From Eutreptiella sp. 'Long Island Sound 2002' (Eukaryota > Protista > Euglenida): a stretch of DNA of 64,000 bases. The position numbers and the translations under genes were made by a program. Shown piece after piece: positions 58,575-64,000 of this stretch. The stretch is taken from positions 78,740,001 to 78,804,000 of the forward strand of contig OZ038379.1 of assembly GCA_964036045.1 (NCBI GenBank). The letters run 5' to 3'. The notes under the pieces were generated by a model. That model had not been told where the DNA came from and did no database searches. It saw only the letters and a list, made by a program, of their open reading frames with translations. Position 1 is the stretch's first letter, and each line of letters begins with the position of its first letter.

Positions 58575-58965
58575 CCGCACAAGCACTGTGGACACCCTTG
58601 CCTGGCTCTACTGGTTATCGGTGTTAGCGGACGGTGTACATAGGCATTCAGGACAAACTTGGTTGACTCTATTGCTTATCATTTTGGGTGACTGGTCCGC
58701 ACAAATTATTTGGACACACTTGGTTTGCTCTATTGCTTGTCCTTTTTAGTGCGAGGTCTACACATCCAATTTGCTCACACTTGGTTGGCTCCACTACTTA
58801 GCCTTTTCAGCGGACGGTGTATAAAAGCATTCTAGACAAACTCGGTTGGCTGTCCTACTTATCCATTTCGGCGGACGATTTGCACGGGCCTTGTCCACAC
58901 ACTTGGTTGGCTCTCCTACTTATCTTTTTCGGTGGACGGTCTCCATAAGCATTCTGCACAACCCT
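58575..58965. repeat. Degenerate ~60-bp tandem repeat, 6-7 units
   Basis: acttggtt(g/t)(g/a)ct...ctta..gcggacgg anchors recur at roughly 60-bp steps (~58658, 58718, 58779, 58841, 58901). Confidence 0.8.
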
Positions 58966-59799
58966 CAAGCAACATGGCAACAACTCATTGCAATATCATG
59001 GGTGGTGGTGAAGATACTCCCATGGAGAGTTGGAGAGGTGTACATTAGCCTCTAAAAGCGGCGATTCTCGGTTATTTACAATGTGGTGGACAAAGATTGT
59101 GTGGCCTATAGTTGCCATTGTGCGCCGATTCGCACCCAAGAGAACTCTTGTCTTCTACTTGTATCCCCCAACCAATGGTGGCTCCATGCTTTATTTGCGG
59201 GTGCTTTTGATTTGCCCACTTGTGGGGCTCCAACATGCTGCCATATGCCTCTAGCCACAAACAACCAAAAATGACGTAAAAAAAACAGCCTTGGACAACA
59301 CGCCGGGCCTAGTATAACCTGATGCCTTGACAAAGGCACATAGTAAAGCAGAGTTGAGGCAAAGCTACTCCCATTGCTTGGTGGATTGCATCCTTGGACA
59401 AATGCAACTCAATGTGTGTGGCAAACAATAAAAACAAACAACATTGGACAACAGGCATTGGACAACAGGTATGAAAAAACCTTGTTGCCTTGATGAAGGC
59501 ACATGGTGAATGAGCACTAAGCTAGGCATACTCATATGGCTTGGTCGATGGCCGCCTTGAACGAATCCTCTGCAATGCGGGAAAAACCAAGCATGGGTGT
59601 TCCACATAGAAAAAAGTTTCTCCACGGCATGCCATGAGGAGCTACAGGCCTGAAGCGGGTTACCAAACCAATGCCATGTATGGTGCAAAAACTCGGGGCA
59701 GCCGAGGCTCTGTAAAATAGATGCAGCATGAACCCATGACTAGTCGACTGCCTGGAGCAGCACAAAAAAGGCTTCGATGGCTATGTAATTTTGAAAGAA

Positions 59800-60950
59800 G
59801 CGCTTGCGACCTTGTGAGATTGTGGTTCTTTGTCTCCTTGTTATTAGGCCCTCCTATTGGTGTATACTGGCCCCCAAAAGCAGTATTTTGGGGTTATTTT
59901 CCCTGTGGTGGTCCAACTTTGTGCGATTTGTAGCCACACTGAGTGTCATTGCCCACCTGAGTCCCGGAGAGATGTTTCCTTCGATACGAGGATACGAGGA
60001 TCAGAGTCGACACATAGTGGCGGCTATTGGCCGCACAACTTTGCTCCCATTGTCACCAAATGATCACCAAAGACCCAAGGATCCGCGGGGCCTGTCGGAT
60101 GTTGGCCCCAACATTGCAGCTTTTCAACGGACCCATGCCTGCCTCAAAAAAAAAACGGCCAGGTCCTCACCTCTTGGGCCCGGTAGGGGGACCAATCAAA
60201 AATATCCGCAAAGAAAGCATGGGACCCCCACCACTGGTTGGGGGGTCCACAGAGGAAAAAAAAAGTGCTGCAGGGTCTAAAGCCACGCACAGGGGCATCT
60301 ATGGGCCGCGCATCTTTTGTCCACCATGGTGTAACTAACCCCAAAACAGCTTTCATGGGCCAATACACGCACGCCCTCAGGAGGGCGTTATTGGTGGTAC
60401 CAGGCTCCCATGGGCTTTCACGTGCTCAGATTGTCACCAAAGGAGCACAGAAGGCTAACCTAAGTCACCCCAGAGATGTTGGACATCACCCCATAATCGC
60501 AGCTTTTCAACACACCCATGTCGACCTAAAAAAAAAAACCCCACCGGCGACCCCCATAAGGGAGACAATGAAAAGCACCAGTAGATAAAGAAGAGACCCT
60601 GGGACTGCTTTCGGAGTCCATGTAGAAAACATTTTTTCAGAGACAGGTGTTGGGGTTGACGCATGGTGGCAGCTATAAGCCACACAAATTTGGCGGACAA
60701 TGGTGGAAATAACCCCTAAAAACCGCTTGGAGGTCACTGTACACTGATATGAGGGCCTAATTGGTGGTACACTGCTCCCCATGGGTCTATATGTTCCCTT
60801 TGTCACCAAATGATCACTGCAGCCTGGCCCAAAGGTCCCCAAAGCTGTTTGATGTCGCCCCACACTAGCGATATTTCAACCGACCCATGTTGGACAGAAG
60901 AAACAGCGAAGTGCTCGCCTGTGGGGCCCCTTAGGGGGGCCAATCAAAAG
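59800..60950 (+). repeat. Degenerate ~370-bp tandem module marked by TTGTCACCAAATGATCAC; relatives at ~19400-19900 (inverted), ~32500-32700 and ~46100-46860
   Basis: Motif at 60050, 60431 (partial) and 60800; also 46138, 46479, 32593, and inverted at 19514 and 19864. Confidence 0.7.
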
Positions 60951-61773
60951 TACTAGCACATAAAACACCGGACCCTGACCATTGGTTGCAGGGTGCATTC
61001 ATAAAAAAAAGGTCTAGGAAGAAGGTGTGAACCTAGGAACAAGGCTATTCACAGTATCACCAAAGGACGGAGGCTTGGGGGGGGGGATCTATGGGTGTGC
61101 CCATCATGTGCACATAGAACTTCCTTTGCACTCTCCTCGGCTTCCAACAGTTGTTTGACTAGCCACCCACAAGTGTGTACCCATGCACTCAAATTCACTG
61201 TTACGCAAATAAAGACGGTGGGGTGAGGACAGAATTCGTCCTTGACTAGTTCTCAAGGAGGTAAAATCCACGCCACAAAATGATTCAGCACCACTTGCCA
61301 CAATGGTGGAGATAGTGCACCCTAGGTTGTTGTGCCTTTCCAACTACAAAATCACAGTGCCATTGACATGTTGTGGGTTTGAGACCCCTTGTGTTGTGGC
61401 TGGTTACCCATGCTCAGTTCTTCTCTCCATGTGCACAATCTCATGCAGACATTATCTTGGAGAGCAGTACCTTGCCCTGTCCTCTGCATACTTTGCTGTG
61501 TCGTGTCAGCCATGCCCTGTGTGCCTTGGGCTTGGATCTGGGGGGCGGCTGCAATCGAGGTCTGGTAATAACCAGCACCTGGCTGTGACTGAGAAGTCGT
61601 GTTGGGATTGGGCATGGTAGATGACATCTGCAAAGAAAGGCACAAGCACACAATATCTGCAAATCTCTTTTATCACAATTGCACAAACAAACTACTTCCA
61701 TGACATCTGAGGGACAGGGCTCTGCTTTGGTAAGTGGTTAATTCTCCGCTGAGTGTGATGGAGGGGAGTGCTA

Positions 61774-62437
61774 AACCCCGGTCCCATTTAAAATCACATG
61801 CGTGATTTTATTTTTTCTGTGTGATGTTATTTTTTGTGTGATTTTATTTCACCCTTGCGTAATTTTAGTTCTGCTTGCCTCAGACACGATGGATTTGCCA
61901 TTTCATTCTTTACTTGCTGATGCACATGACAATGATGCGCACCATGTATGTGCAAGCAATTGATGTGGCAATGGTGGTCCTATATAGGGAAGGAAAACAT
62001 GCCTTGTACACGCAAATGGTTGAGGGTGGTAGGCTGGTGACTGCATCTGCATGCACAAATGCCTACATTGATTTGTCATACAGGAATGTTCCTCAAATCT
62101 TTGAAGACCTAGGGTACATTGATGTAAGTAGATTCAAACTTTGCATTCCATTTAAATTGGTTCCACCAGCAGCCCCACTACCAGAGCACCCAAACCCAAA
62201 GCCAAAGCCAAAGCCAAAGCCAAAGCCCATTCCCAAGCAAATGTCCATCGCAAGGCACAGCAGGAGGTAAAGGCTTGGTGAAGCGCAATGCAGTGTCTCT
62301 CTGTGTTTCCTTTGCCTTTGTCTTCCAGGATTGGTTGCATATAAGTTGGTGGGTGATTTTATTTCCACTGTTTTCAACGAAATCTGGCATGCGTGATTTT
62401 ATTCTTTTTGCATGATTTTATTCGGGGGGGGGGGGTT
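61774..62437 (+). mobile_element. Internally deleted pogo element related to 26869-29163, keeping only the transposase C-terminus (61875-62270)
   Basis: TA|aacccc...ggggtt ends and GCGTGATTTTA subterminal repeats; MYVQAIDVAMVVLYR / VPQIFEDLGYID / PKPKPKP..KQMS parallels MFVQSIDTALAALYR / VPTLFQDLGYID / PKPKPKP..RQLS. Confidence 0.85.
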
Positions 62438-64000
62438 CACCATGTGACATTGTCAGCAACTTCACCAAAAAACCAGTTGCCCCTGCACGACAGACGTTCT
62501 CTTCTGTGCTCTCATGCGCTGCAAAACAATCTATTTTCTCCCCTGATGCCTGTCAGCTGTCAGCACTTACATACATAACATGAATGGCACCTAGGCACCA
62601 TACAGCACACCCTTACATCGCCAAACACTTCCTGTCATTTCAACCACACAGTCTGCCTGTTTCCAGACACCAAATTCAACACAAAAACGGGTGGTGGCTA
62701 ACTCAGCTGCTGTGCAAGATGAATATGACCCTGTATTGGGTGTGTGACAAAATGAATCAATCATTGGCCTGTATGCAAACCAATCAACCACGCCAATTTA
62801 CTTGCAACCGTCCCACTGGCAGTGGGTACTATTTTGTGGTTTGGAAATACTTTAAACTCTGCCACACTCAGTATCACACACAGTTATGCTCGTCTTGAGA
62901 TGTGCCTGGGATTCACTAATGACAGTTTCTGGTATGCTTCATCTTGAGATGTGCCTGGGGTTCGAACAGTTTGTGGTAGGAATAGGAATACATGCACTGT
63001 TTCCCGCTGAGTCGGGGATGACACCACATTGTAGGAGACCATGGAGGGGTGCACCAGTCAGGATGGCAGCAGTTGAAGTGTACACAGCTTCTGGCGCCAC
63101 ATCAGCTTGGCAGGAGGTGATTCATAGAGGGGCCTTCCCTGAAAAGAAAAACAAACCACATCCCATCCCATGGCATTCTAGGTCCCTGCAAGCTGGGGTG
63201 CAAAAGCGTGCCAAATGCTGAGCGGTAGTCTTTGCATCTGGTGCACCGACTCTTCCACTGTAGAAATTTTGACACCACTTTGGCAACAGCCATGGAAGAA
63301 AGCCAAGCATGTGATGACAGCACGAGACTACAAGGAGACTGAACGTGAAGGCCTGTGGAACATGTGGAGCGAATTCCGCGCCTCCACCTGCAAAATGCAG
63401 CAGATTTGGTACCAGGAAACACGAGGACAAATCCAATTTAAAATCCCCGCCACGTCCAAATTGAGACCGGACTGGCACCAGGGTACACCAGGGGGGGGGG
63501 GGGGAGAATGCGGTCGCCGAAATTGGTAAAAAAAATGCGGGAAAATACGGAAAAAATGCGGAAAATGCGGCAAAATATGTGACGGAAAATGCGGTTTTCT
63601 TGTAATGGTGTATGCCTCCCCCTCAACCCCTATGTTTGTCAAGACGCATGTTGATTTGCTGACAACCGTCGCTCTTTTCAAGAGACAACGGCCCCGGCTC
63701 AACATGCAAAGCGTGGAAGGGAATCACACCCTTCTAATGTGGTTAAGGAGGAGGAACGTTACTCCCTTGTTACCCCCTATGCTTCCAGGCGGCGCTCAAC
63801 CCGAGCCTTCTGCGTCTTCTTCATAGTGTCAATCGCCACTGCATGCTTTTTACAGTTCAAATGACCTTGGACGGTGCTCTTGGTGGCTCATGGTGCAATA
63901 CTTTGCACAAGCACCACCTTTCCCCTTACCACGTACTTTGCGCCAGGGTGGGGTGTTGGTTCCATCATCAGAATGGGGCTCACAAGGAGAAGCAGACGGT

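Overview
Eukaryotic, repeat-saturated nuclear DNA (GT-AG introns, G/C homopolymer runs, no operon-like gene density). I found no intact host gene; nearly everything is transposon or satellite, often nested. Main parts: (1) a ~9.9-kb decayed non-LTR retrotransposon on the minus strand (73-9955; long Cys/His-rich 5' region, APE endonuclease, RT, RNase H, (TAC)10 tail) inside a CTGTA/CTGCA microsatellite; (2) a large intron-containing multi-gene region (~23.4-45.1 kb) whose central pseudogene (33135-34808, +) shows RAG1/Transib-like core motifs in the expected order; (3) nested in it: a near-intact pogo DD35D transposon (26869-29163, TA TSD), a 5'-truncated LINE (30258-32331, 16-bp TSD) and a Mutator-like element (36050-44278, 9-bp TSD) with MULE/SWIM and Ulp1-like protease remnants and a 4.2-kb 48-bp satellite containing CCCTAACCCCAA; (4) tRNA-Cys-like sequences in a duplicated repeat; (5) a ~98-bp satellite field with orientation switches (46.9-57.8 kb) interrupted by a 1952-bp TIR element with a 9-bp TSD; (6) a deleted pogo relative (61774-62437). 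The host organism cannot be determined from the sequence; a protist such as a euglenozoan is only a guess. All protein-family calls are from motif recognition by eye, with no database search.
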